A stretch of DNA of 22,515 nt from Rotaria socialis (Eukaryota), in NCBI GenBank assembly GCA_905331295.1, contig CAJNYD010000117.1, positions 248,001 to 270,515 on the forward strand, given 5' to 3'. A model generated the notes under the pieces. It saw only the letters and a program-made list of their open reading frames with translations. It searched no databases and had not been told where the DNA came from. Positions 1-11,917 of the stretch are shown here, piece by piece. The position numbers and the translations under genes are program-made. Position 1 is the first letter of the stretch. The number at the start of each line of letters is the position of its first letter.

Positions 1-2752
1 TACGTATTCAGTGTCAACAGAGCGCAACAGAAGATAGCTTAGCCAATTGGATTGAAAAAGACATTCATTCTCCATTTCAGTTATAAACGAGAGCCTCTCA
101 CGCCTACCGTAGGTCCTTGTAGAAAGAGAAGTTGTCGATTCTTCGTGACTCACAACTTCTTACTGTCTATTGTACTTGGCCTGGCACTAATTGAATTATT
201 TGGCACGCTCCTAAAATGTACGTTTTTCTGAATCCAAAAGAATCCGATGGCATTGTAATTAATGAGTTTTGAAAATCGATAGATAGGACCCGATTGACTC
301 TGATTGCTAAATTAGAAAATTCACGACAGCATCATGTTTTCAAGGAATCGCAAAACAAAGTCAAATGTGTGACTGTAGCCAAAATGTATTGATCTCTTTC
401 ATTTTCGCTTATTTTTTATTCGAAATACAGATGTATAAAACACTAATCTACGTAAAGTATGACACAAGAGAGATCGCATAGGTCGAAAACTTTCTCATTT
501 CCTCATTCATCAAAGGCGATAGAAATTTGCAATTGTAAGAGTTTTGGCGCAGGTTACATCGAAGAGTATTGATATCTTAATTGGCTAAAGAATATGATTG
601 GTCATTTAGTCTTACTGCACTAAGCAAAGATAAATGAATCCTTTATCTTTAGGAAATAGCGATCAGTAAATCTTTTATCTTAATTCTTTAATATCAAGTA
701 AATTAAAGATAAAGGATCTCCCCTATTTCAGAGCAGTTTCTAGCGTATCAAACAGACTCATGCCGCTGATTCCAGCAGCCAGTCAAGTTTTCTAGGCATT
801 CTAACTTGGAAAAGTTGAAAACTGCTTGGGGGCCTGATTATGTACCAGAAAATTGTTAGATACTTTGGTTGATATCGTAAAAGCAGTCCGAAAACTTATC
901 ACTTTAGTCTCACGAGGACTGAAAATATGGAATTCAGAAACTCTATTTATTGTATACTTGAGATAAAATGCGAAAGGGCTTCAAATAACTTAACAGATAA
1001 ATCATCCAAAACGATTACAACTTTTTATAGCTGATACGAGAGCTCGTATATTTAATCATGTGGGAAATGTGTCCATGTATTGCTATTATTCAAGCAGTTT
1101 ATTAGATTCATTTAATATTGTTAGACTGAAAACGTTTTTTCTATTGTGAAATACATTACATCTTCAATGCATCAATTCTTTTCTTCCAATGCTAATATGC
1201 GACACACGTTATATGAAGTGTAAATATCATTTTATTCTTTCAATCGTCTATTTGACTACCATACTAACTTGCTATATACATTGATTTAATCATTTAGGAA
1301 GAGTCCGAGAAACTATTGCTTGTTTTGACAAATTATGACATATAAGTTGAGTTTTTTCTAAATTTGCAATTCAACTATTTCATAATTTTACATGGTGCTC
1401 ATCCTATTCTTACTCTGTTAAATGAATAATGGCTTCGATCTACTGAATGACATCTACAATGACACGATTTCGTTATGTATTAAATACTAAAACTTGCCAT
1501 ATTTAGACTACGTAGTGAGGGTGTGCAATGTTTTAGAATGATATAACCATCGTTATTGCTTACACGCATTTTCTCTATACTACAGAAATCTACCCAAGGA
1601 TCTTTGACTTTGTTCTTTCCTTCTCGGTCGTCATTGCTAAAACGAAGAGCAAGTTGAGAAAACCTAGATTTAAACCGGCAAACGTGTGTATTTTCTTCGA
1701 AAGTATACAGAAGTTTCATAAGAACCTGCTTCTTTGCTGTAAAATGGTGAAATTAATTCTACTACTCGATGAAAAACTGCCAAAAAACGACTTAACTGCT
1801 TCTAACCAATGAAATTTATTCGATCAAGTATGATAAGAAGCGGAGACATGTATTTCTTAGATGTTTCATTCCATGTGATTCCGATGATTATATTGCCATA
1901 GAATCATCTTTTCTCCTTGATATCGAGGCTATTGAAATTTGTAATGATTACACGGGTCTATTTGTATTACGTATCTCATTTGGTTTTTGCAACGCAGACT
2001 AATATGAGAACTGATGCAGCAAAGTTTCCAATTACATTAACTTGAGAAGAAGAAAAATTCTTTGGAAAAACTAATATTCTATCGGCCTTCTTCGTTCACC
2101 TTTTTATTCTCTCACAATCTTTAGAATGCTCTTGCCATATCGAACAGAAACTAGTTTTTTAAACACATATTTCGATTGTATAAAAATAGAAAGCCTGTGA
2201 ATAGACAGGTCAAATGCAGCGTTAGTCAAATAGAGATCTAGCATGGTTCACAACTTTTTTTCTATACTTTAAATTGTCAACGTACGTTTCTCCTAAGACA
2301 GCTGAACATAATATACAGATTTTTTGGCGTACCGAAGCAGAAATGGTTCGTTGTTTCCTTGTTCAACATTTCCACTATTAATCAATATAGATTAAAGATA
2401 GAAAATGGCATAAAACATATGCTTGCTCTAGTTTTCGAAATCAAAATGTCTTAGAGCATGTCTAATAGAAACAATGATATCATACTTTGATTCTATACAA
2501 TGAAAAGCGACGAGTAAAAAGTCAATTAATATTCCACAGCAAAAACATTAAGAACAAAAACCGAGACGACTTTGATATATAATTTATTGGTAATTTCAAA
2601 CGAATAAAGAAAAAAATCTTGAAAATTCACGTCTCATGAAAATCGCAAACTTTGATTCACACTTTATTTCTCGTTCAGAAAAATTTTCTAATTTTTTTTT
2701 CAATTTAAAATATTTACATCGAAACTTTTCTAAATAGGTAAATATTCTACTA

Positions 2753-3298
2753 ACGACGGAGGGTCGCCAACTGTTCAATCCCTTTTGTGTTGAAACTATT
2801 TACATTATGTAGCTCCCAAGGGGTTATGTATACGCTGAAATTAAAGGTATGGTTTTTAGTGAGTACCTGGACTCCCCCTCAGGAACCTTGAAAAAAATTG
2901 ATTTTTGAATTTCGACTTGAAAATTTACACAGAAATACATCTCAACAAGAATAGTGTTTTGTGAATGTTTTTGGTCATTGAATTTGTTTGTTTCATCAAA
3001 TCTGCTACCTTATTTAAACGATGTAAAATAAAAATTTCATAGTAGCTGTGTGTAATGATAGAAATAGTAGAATGGTCTGAAACGGTCACGAAACACTGTT
3101 CTCGTTCAGGTATATTTCTATGTAAATTTTCAAGTTGAAATTCGAAAATCAATTTTTTTCAAGGTTCCTGAGGGGGAGTTCAGTAGCAACAAGCTATCCA
3201 CTCAAAATATTTTCAGCGTATCCATAACTCCTTGGGAGCTACATAATGCATATAGTTTCAACGCAAAAGCGATTAAACAGTTGGTGGCCTTCCCTCGT
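2753..3298. mobile_element. Long-arm foldback MITE, probably Tc1/mariner-derived
   Basis: About 2753-2968 is an imperfect reverse complement of about 3080-3298, e.g. actccccctcaggaaccttgaaaaaaattgatttt vs aaaatcaatttttttcaaggttcctgagggggagt. The right end reads TA-CGAGGG on the minus strand, a mariner-like terminus. Confidence 0.85.
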
Positions 3299-3818
3299 AA
3301 GTTTTCTGTTTTTAGCCTTGCTATTAACCGAGATTTTTTTTTTGTTAGTATCATTTTCTAGAAAAAGCATGTGTTGTCTGTACTCAACAAATAATTCTCG
3401 CCGTGAATAGATTTACGATTTATGAAGTCGTTTGCGCTTATTTTTCTTGATAACATATCGTTGTGTACTTCTAAGACATTGAACTCTAGTCGGTACTTTT
3501 ATCTGTTACAAACGATTCTCCTCATTGAGAAAAATATGTGGAAACAAAAATCTCGTAATGAAAACTTTCTTTTGATGAAATCAAATACTCACATGTAAAA
3601 ATGGGTACAAATCAGAAGTGAAAATAGTTCTATACTATTAAACTCACCTCCTATTTGTAATTAATAAGAATCATTTTATATTTTGCAATTTTGCAATTTC
3701 TATTCTTACACTTTCTTTTATCTTATCCTTAGTGTAACTCTTTCTTTTTGCATCACAAAAAAAAGTTTCTTTAGGATGTTCTTCTATTAACAGGATTATA
3801 TATATATATATACCTGAA

Positions 3819-4104
3819 AAGCTGTTAGCGCAATCCCTATGGGATTAAAATGTGAAACACGGTGAAATTCCTTTTCTCGAATCCGTCCATCACAGTCAGT
3901 GACAGTCTGCGAAGATTCTCTGTTACAGTCTGTATTATGATGTATGGAGTCTCTGGAAATCATCACAGACCGTTACAGAGAAAATAATCAATTAATTAAT
4001 TATCTAATTAATTAATTTCTCTGTAGTGGTCTGTGGGGCGGGGGATGAGTCCAAATTTCTACGCTATATACTTCAGCACTCCTTTCAGATCGTGTTTCAC
4101 AAAA
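3819..4104 (-). mobile_element. Helentron-associated non-autonomous element (HINE-like), copy 1
   Basis: Asymmetric subterminal inverted repeats tgtgaaacacg (3851-3861) and cgtgtttcaca (4091-4101). Hairpin aatccc-tat-gggatt (3832-3846) lies outside one subTIR, and both ends are A/T runs. Ends are shared with the copies at 12566 and 14774. Confidence 0.7.
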
Positions 4105-5635
4105 TTTAGTATCATACTCATCTAATTATAAGAATTTAAATACGAAAACGTTGGTCCGTGTCTGCTTCATAATAGAATACAAAAAGAAGAAGAATTAATT
4201 CCTCTTAGGAAATCAACAGTATCAACTGACTCACTCTGTCGATATCATATTAACATTAACCATATACTGTAATCAATATTAGAAAATATTCATAAAACAA
4301 AAACAACGATACCTGATAGAACTGTATGTGAACGTTTTATCGACTGGCCCCTGAATAAAATATTCTCTGCTGTAAAAATTGGCGGATGACACTTCCCTCC
4401 CTTTCTTTTTTCTTAGAATGAAAGAAACTCATCACAATATTCTCAAGATATTTTCATTAACAATAATCCAAGTATACAAGATGTCGCAACGAAGATAATT
4501 AATTTTACCGAATAAAATGTAACATGAAATCTATTCAAGCGTGAAAGTAACCTATTCTTAGAATATGCAGAAAAACAAAATTGATAAAAATCTATTTTGA
4601 TAAACCAACAATACATGCAACAACGATATATTCATGAATAATTTTATTGAAATATGTGTGTTTCATGGCGACAAGGACTGATTGAGTTCGTCAAAAGTAC
4701 CCAATTTGCTAATAATATTATTAGTTTGAAATTATGGTAAAAAAATGTGAAAATAGACAGATGAATTTGTTGCTTTATACATCGAACTTATCTATTCTAA
4801 TGATAGGTGTGCTTTATATCTTGTAAGAAGTTTGTTTTCAATAAATAATTAATTTTATGATATACTATACTTTCTTGTTTATAGAAATGAGCTATACTTA
4901 TCATAAGGAGTAATATTGATTTTGTGCTTAATTATTAAAAAAATCTAATTAGTTTATAACCGACGAATCGTTATGATGAAACATTCGATATTTATTGGCG
5001 TTGATGCACGCTTTGTCCACACTCTATAAATTCATCGTTTAATACTGATAAGGAAATGCTGAGAAAGATATGTATTGTAACTTTTCTTAGGCAATTACTA
5101 GAGTAGAATAAACACAATAATCAATGTTACATATTGACATTAATAGTTATTTCTATATTCAAAAACACTGCGATGGATAGTTTTATTAAGTCTGCTATCT
5201 GGTTTATTACTATTTTAATTATCCAAATAAATCTATTATGATTTATTTACATAGAAAATCTGTATGAATTAACAAAAAAAGAACGTCTTAAATGAACATC
5301 ATGTTCGAACGCAAATTTTATTCATTTAATAACATAGAATTTTTGTTATGATTAGCTCAAAATCTATGGTTTAGATTTTACTTCAAACATGATAATTATA
5401 CTACGAACGGAAGGAAGTAGCAAGTACATTTCAATCAAAATAACCAACTTTACGCATAATCTATTTATGACACGTATACAGGCATAGGATATGCGCTATG
5501 TCATCATGAGGGGAATTTTTTTGAGAATTTATTTCTCTGCCTTGGTTGAATGGAGCTTGCCGTACAACATAGGAGTAATCATAGACTACTACAAACAAAC
5601 TCACAATGGTATTATTATTGAAGATTTGTCCTTTT

Positions 5636-5901
5636 TCCAAGCAGACACACTTTTGGGAAAACGCGCTTACATACTCAACCGAGAACCGCGATTGTGAGTC
5701 ATTAACACTCAGTAACGAAACGCAAGAAACGCGTTTTTTACGTAGAATTCTCACTTTCAGAGCGTGAAAACGGGTAAAAACTCCAATCCTCAGCGTTTAA
5801 ACGCTCAGAATTGAAGTTTTTATTCGTTTTCACGTTCTGAAAGTGAAAATTCTGCGTAAAAACGCGTCTCTTGCGTTTTTCTAAAAGTTTGTCTGCTTGG
5901 G
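5636..5901. mobile_element. Palindromic MITE with CCCAAGCAGAC termini
   Basis: ccaagcagacacactttt / aaaagtttgtctgcttggg termini. 5718-5878 is a near-perfect palindrome centred on agcgttt|aaacgct (5798/5799). Confidence 0.85.
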
Positions 5902-7274
5902 ATGTATTTACTCGGTGAGTTCTGTTGCACTATGCCAAAAGTAGATTAAAATCTATGCAGTACATTTCAATAACGAATGCATAAAATCTTTGATATCATC
6001 TGAATAGGTTCCTGAGTTACATTAAAAACCATTACGCTGTGAATGCGGCGCAGTTAACAGATGCATAGTGCAAGATATTTTCCGTCACGAATACATATTA
6101 TGTTTTATGAGTAGAACCCTCATGTCTGACGGCGATTGCATAAATATCATTTAGCATATCTTGGATCATAACAAATAAATTAAAGTAGAAAGAGGATTTT
6201 CACAGGTAATATTCGTTCAATATTGAACTATACGTCAATATGTAGATGCTCGCTTTCATCGATAATTTCTGAATGTATTTTCCCTATGAACGAATAGGTT
6301 TTCATTTTATATGAACTCGTTTTATATCCTACTAGTAGAATCCATGAGTAGTACATTCAACCACAGTGATGCATATTTGACGGGAACAATATATGTTACA
6401 AAACACGAGTGAAATCAACAATCCTACTCGAGTTGCAAAATATTAGTCATAAATACATTAGAAGAAAAAAAAGAAAAGAAGCATTTATGCCATAAAACGG
6501 TTAAGCCAAAATGAATCATTTTCGTGATAATCAATGAATAATCCATTATCGTTTTGGTGAATGACAAATTAGTCGGCTGTTGAATATTTGCATTAAAATT
6601 GTTTCTATAACTTTTGTAAAACGAGGAGCGAACAAGTTACACATACATCTATAAGAAATCACTATTTTTCAAACTCTATCTTCATCGCTCGAGACGTAGA
6701 CTTCAACATTTTTTTAAATGCTGAATGCTATCAGAGATATCCTGAGCATCCGTTTATATTGCATATATCTTCCCTCTATCGGAAATTTCCTGATCATAGC
6801 TGAGTGAGTATTCCGCCATCATTGTATCGAAATGCGTTTGCTCAATGAACCCGATACAACAACAGATTGACGCAGTGACAATTTAGCTGTATCGGTACGC
6901 AACCACGAGTTTCTTTATGATTTTCAGATGAGTCACTATTAAGCAGCAGAATGAGTAAGAATAATGTATTCTTAGATCGAAGAAAAAAAGAAATATCTGA
7001 GAGAAAACGTACGAAATGACTTCCGTTCATTTCAAAGTATGCGAAGAGAATAGAACAGCAAAAAAAAGAGAGAAGGAAGATATAAAATGAATGATGCTTT
7101 ACATTCTTTTTCACCCCATTACTCGATGTAGAGAAGCAAACAGATGTGCATTTGTATAGAATTATGGGCTGTAGAACGAAGAATATAAATGTTATTTGGT
7201 GCTTCGTTCTCTAATAGTGTGGTATTATTTTTAGATAAAAAGTTCGTTTTCATTTTCCTGTTACTGCTGTTAAG

Positions 7275-7659
7275 ATGGGTTTATTAATTAATTTCGCCAC
7301 TGTTTCGGTACTAATTTTGTCGTGTATAAAATTTGTATCTGCAGGAGATTTTTATATTGGACCAGTAGTTGGTGGGATTCTTGGTTTGGTAAGTTTAAAT
7401 GAGTAATTTTCTCTTGTTTCCAAAAATCGAAATTTTCTTTCTTTTGTTCAAAGATCATTCTAATTTTGGATATCATCGCTGCGATTGAAATTCTTCGTTC
7501 AGACAAATCAATAGTTGAAAAACTTCTTTGGATTTTGTTCATTATCTTCTGTCCTATTATTGGTAAGAACAATTATAAATGTAAATCTAGTCTATTTTAT
7601 TTTATTTAGGTTTGGTTGTTTATTTACTTTGTGGTCGTGCACGATCTGTCAGTATTTAA
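7275..7659 (+). CDS. Spliced 90-aa membrane microprotein with standalone PLDc_N (phospholipase D-nuclease/cardiolipin synthase N-terminal-like) domain; exons 7275-7388, 7454-7562, 7610-7659
   Basis: ATG at 7275. Intron 7389-7453 (gtaagt...ttcaaag, 65 nt, phase 0) and intron 7563-7609 (gtaaga...ttatttag, 47 nt, phase 1) give an uninterrupted frame: MGLLINFATVSVLILSCIKFVSAGDFYIGPVVGGILGLIILILDIIAAIEILRSDKSIVEKLLWILFIIFCPIIGLVVYLLCGRARSVSI*. The pattern D..A..EI..S......K..W...I...P..G...Y...G matches PLDc_N as I recall it. TATAAAT lies about 90 nt upstream and AATAAA is at 7840-7845. Confidence 0.9.
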
Positions 7660-8319
7660 AATAGTGAATGATGGTTTTTTTTTGTACTATAAATAGTCTA
7701 CACATATATTTGTTATGGCTGGTTTTTTTTCCTTTAATCAAGCTTCTGTTTAAATATGAATAATATAGATGCGCTAAATTTAATGTGAAATTAGATTCTT
7801 TTTTTGTCTTCTCTTTGTTACTGTTGGACTCTGTCAAACAATAAATGATTATCGGTATCGTAGATCATGTTTTCGAAAGTATATTAAACGATCGGAAATG
7901 ATCGTGTTGATTTTGTTACTTATAAGAATCTCGCCGATACAATTTGTTGTTGTATTCGGTTTATTTAAAATGAGATTTCACCGTAATGCGCAAGTAAACA
8001 AACGATATGAAGAGACATACGATATCGACAATCAATCTGTTGTGAGTATACGTCGTGTCGGCGAATGTAAATATGTCTAAAAAACGAAAATACCCAACCA
8101 ATTGTTCTGCTAGTTTCGAATAGGTTTTTTAGCTTTTAACATGTGTCATTTATAGTTTATTTAAGCCTTTCTTGAGGTCAAACATTTATAAAATAAAATA
8201 GTTAGTATTCCATCTGGAATAATGCGTAGCATATTAATTTATAATGCTTTTCTTAAGTTCGTCGAACACTTTCAATTATGCATTATTCAAGCGCTTTCTA
8301 TTCGTGCGTTCATTGTTAT

Positions 8320-9254
8320 ATCCAGGGAATTAAAGCAACATTTTTGTGAAGAATGTTTGGTCATTTCGGTCTAAGCACGTACAATCAATTAGTTTAGAAT
8401 GTGTTCGATAAAGTGTTGGTCGTTTTTACTCCCGATAGTAAGCATATCCTCTATTGACGGAAAACGTTCAGTGAAAATTTCAAGTTCATTACAGTTTTTC
8501 CGTCGTAATGATAGATTTCTTTCTAGAAATCGAAAAGTTACTGAACAGTTTTAAAGATAAAAATTCAACTATATTAGAAGATTCGAATGTCAAGTATCTC
8601 GGTCATTGGATGTCGAATGAGACTGATTCACGAAGTAGAGAGAATAACAAGACAGTCTTGTTTTTGTTGTTGTTGATAATGCCAATAGATTGTTACAGGA
8701 AAAATATTTTCTTTTCGAAACGGAAAGAAAGGATCTATCTCTGCCGGAATGTTTGAAAAAAGATACACTTAGAAAAAAATTTTCTGGCTAGTTTTGTAGA
8801 CACGTTTTTAGAAAATATTCATTTTGGTCTGGAATAGAATCGAATCTGATATCGTTCCTCTTACGAGAGAAACCTAACATATATTCACTGACATAATTAA
8901 TAAAAAAAGCTTAGATTATTTAATTTCATTATAAGAATGATCTTGTGAACATTTCGACTATCGAATGCATAGATATTTACATTCAGGATTTCATGAATGA
9001 TAGGAAATGATGTATTGATTGGCTCCAGTCGGCATATGATCGATATGAAAAAGCTTGAATCAATCACTGTCTTGCTTTCGACAGCTATTAATATCAGTAT
9101 TGTTAACCTTATCGACGTATCTAATAGTGAATTGAGACCGCTTGGCTGTATGATGGATATATACAACAGACTGATGATCACAATAAGCGTCAATAGAATG
9201 AAATAGAGTACAAAAAAGGAAAAGAAATAGTACGAGTAAAAATATGAGCGACAC
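8320..9254 (-). pseudogene. Possible decayed gene for a secreted protein (weakly beta-trefoil/FGF-like)
   Basis: Signal-peptide-like LIFLLVLFLFLFCTLFHSIDA|YC, and the frame stays protein-like through three stops. A putative later exon follows tttctag (8523). No ATG and no donor site identified. Confidence 0.25.
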
Positions 9255-10269
9255 AGAATTTTACGTTGGATATTTGTTTTTTATTAATACAATGAAGCTA
9301 AATAGCTCTGGTGAATTCTGCATTGTAGTCCCAAAGGAGCTATGGCTTGGTTTGTTTGAATAAGTTTTCATATAATTAACAAACAAAAAAGTATTTACTT
9401 AAACGGCTAATGAATTTATATATGCAAAAAGAAATTAATTGCTATTCGATACTAAGGAAAAGTGTAGTTAATCACTGAAGAACTACTTTATTCACTGTTT
9501 GTTTTTATTTCAAGCGATTCATAGGAATTTTAATAAATCATGATTGCACGACTTAAAAGTCTTAATAGGTTAGTAAGTAACTAATTTTGAAACATGATTG
9601 ATTAGAAGTTCAAGTTAGTTATTGAGAAAACAATTGAATTTCGTGCAACAGCCAAAAAACGATGATTGTATTTCTATGAAAACTTAGTCGCTATGTTAGC
9701 AGTATACACCTTCAACAGATTTTTAGAGAAAAGTGCTTTACTGCGATTTTGGCATCATATTTTAACATAACATTGAAAGCAAATGGCGATTAAATATTTT
9801 TGTTTAGAATTGGTTAGACTTAACAATTATGAAAATACATAAAATTTTACGAGAACATCTGCAGATAAATTAATAACTATGATCTGAAATAAATTAGAAG
9901 TACGATGCAAACGTACTCGAGTAACACACGATACGATATTGTAAGAATATTAAATTGTTTTAATTTTCTAGTATTCTCATTAGCATAATACTTTGTTCAG
10001 GAATTGTTTATAAACATTGAAAGATCTTTTAGCAATCCTAGAATGAAATTCTTGAAACACTCTAGAATGACTCTCTAAACCGTTGGATCTCGTTTAAAAT
10101 AAACTTGCTGAGAATAAACTAAAATGCCGATCAATTTCGTCTGTAGAAGAATTAAATGAATGTTTTAGCAATTGTGTGAACAACTAGTGTTTTCGATGCC
10201 TGTGGTAAAGAGAGTCAAGTATGTAATCGGAATGATTAAAAAATAATGTCTATCATATTTGTCGTGATA

Positions 10270-10465
10270 TCCAAGGAGAATCTTTCCGACAGTAGGATCC
10301 TATCGGATTCCGACAAGGGTCAGACAGTGAATATACCGAATACCATATGTGTTTCAGTAAAACCGACGAAATTTTATGGGATTCCTGGACACGGGCCTAC
10401 AGTCGAATCCGATGTCGGATCCCATAGGATTCGATAAGATCCGTTGTCGGATTCATTCACCTGGG
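10270..10465. mobile_element. MITE with CCCAGG-type termini and TA flanks
   Basis: ta|tccaaggagaatctttccgacagtaggatcctatcgga vs the right end reverse-complemented, ta|cccaggtgaatgaatccgacaacggatcttatcgaa. Repeated tccgac/gtcgga/ggatcc motifs inside. Confidence 0.7.
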
Positions 10466-10520
10466 TAGGAGGCAGATTCAATACCATTGGACATGTTCTA
10501 GTGTCTGAATGAAAACCTAT

Positions 10521-10630
10521 CAAAGGGTAAAACGACGTACTTTTCTACTTTAAACTACACAACTAAGTACAAAAGTATTTCAAAGTACCTCAAAGTACTT
10601 AAAGTACAAAATTACGATGTTTCCCCCTTG
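10521..10630. mobile_element. Small (about 110 bp) MITE with internal AAGTAC repeats
   Basis: caaagggtaaaacgacgta / tacgatgtttcccccttg imperfect TIRs, with aagtac or aagtat repeated five times inside. Confidence 0.6.
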
Positions 10631-10637
10631 CTGACTG

Positions 10638-10866
10638 CCCATGTCGCACAAACCGATCGAAAACCGTCGGCTAAGCGCCCGGTTAACCGAATAAATAACC
10701 GGTTAATAGAGGATGAACCGACTACTTGTCCGGTTAACCGGGCACCTAACCGCCGATTTTTACGCTGGAAAGTCGCTAAAATGGCCTAGATAACCGCGGT
10801 CAACCGATTTTTATAAAAATTAACCGCGGTTAACCGACGGTTTCCGATTGGTTTGTGCGACATGGG
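10638..10866. mobile_element. MITE with about 37-bp TIRs (CCCATGTCGCACAAACC)
   Basis: cccatgtcgcacaaaccgatcgaaaaccgtcggctaa / ttaaccgacggtttccgattggtttgtgcgacatggg. Flanks are TG and TA. Repeated cggttaaccg palindromes inside. Confidence 0.9.
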
Positions 10867-11447
10867 TAAGTACGCATTTCTTATCAATTGGATATAAATA
10901 CCATGGTAGAAAAATAGAACTACGATTGCATACAAAAATTTGTTGAATAGTAAAAGCTTGTAGATAGCTGTTCTACAAAAAAAATTCCAACTCCTATGAG
11001 AAACTATTTGACCCTTTTTTATATACCGATTCGACCTTCGTCAATCAACCAAAAGACTTGAAACTAGAGGGAAAAAGTTCTGCAATTGTTCATTCTCCTC
11101 CATTTATACCATAATAATCACTTGATATGGGTGATACAGTCAAGCGGACAGGCACAGGTGAATTTCGGTATTTAAGCCCTATCTTTTCCGTCTAGGGAAA
11201 ATAAGACTGATATAACTGAATCGAGCGTATAGTTAAACTTTTGATGAAGCCTTATGAAGCATTGCACGAGAATTCTTTTGAAAAAAATCACATGTGTGAA
11301 CGATTAGAATTTGCGATGATATTCACAAAGCACTCATGGCATCATTATTTATGGCCCACCGAGTGTGAAGAGAAAGTAGTAGAATTTGATAATTGTTACA
11401 TAAGTCAAGAAATATATTTTTCAGAAATGGAACTTTGAGTGCATGGT

Positions 11448-11917
11448 TTATGTGGTAATGATAGCGATAAAACTGTTTATAGGACCACCCCGATTTTCAA
11501 GCCAAAAACTGATGCTGTAGCTTTGGCCGACCACCGTTGTGAACGATTGACTAAGATAATCTGAATATCTTACAGAACCATCGTAGAAACTGTAATGGCC
11601 CGAATGAGCGCACGTCGCCGATATGACACCGCTAGCTGCAGCCGCGTTCGGATTGCAGTAAGTGTGGTACTGAGTCAACGGACTCGTTTCAAAACCACCA
11701 TCTTGCCAAATCTGTTGTCCATTGCCGATGACAGAAATATCATCGAGACACCAATAGCTAGGGTCTTGACGGAGAGCAAATGCCAGTGTTGTACTGATCA
11801 TTGTGGCAACAAATGTATATTGAAAGAGTGTATAAGAAAATGCCGTTGAATTTGAGAGATAAAGCAGAACAGTTCTAGAACCACTCCATGCTGACATGCA
11901 TGTATTGTTCAAAATCG
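11448..11917 (-). CDS. Coding exon 3 (terminal): galactose-binding/CBM-like jelly-roll domain, apparently circularly permuted
   Basis: Acceptor ttttacttttactaag|CG at 11918 joins the phase-1 G of exon 2 (GCG, Ala). Open to TAA at 11448-11450. Motifs AFSYT...TFVAT..STTL.F..RQDPSYW.LDDISV, DGGFET, DGSV...DYLSQSF.T..GQSY.ISFWL.N.GG..NSF. The three exons sum to 1047 nt (348 aa plus stop). Confidence 0.88.

Noticed and set aside
638..717. 14-bp perfect inverted repeat atcctttatcttta/taaagataaaggat as a terminator or ncRNA
   Set aside because: Probably a small MITE remnant; no gene context and boundaries cannot be defined.
1..2700. Coding exons, including ORF 1480-1719
   Set aside because: The frames I examined had frequent stops, and I found no consistent exon chain or recognisable domain.
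7288..7572. 94-aa minus-strand ORF
   Set aside because: Antisense shadow of the spliced PLDc_N gene; no recognisable protein features.
8952..9062. Alternative genetic code or selenoprotein readthrough of in-frame stops
   Set aside because: Stops are mixed TGA and TAG, no ATG was found, and both intact genes use TGG for Trp; decay or chance is more likely.
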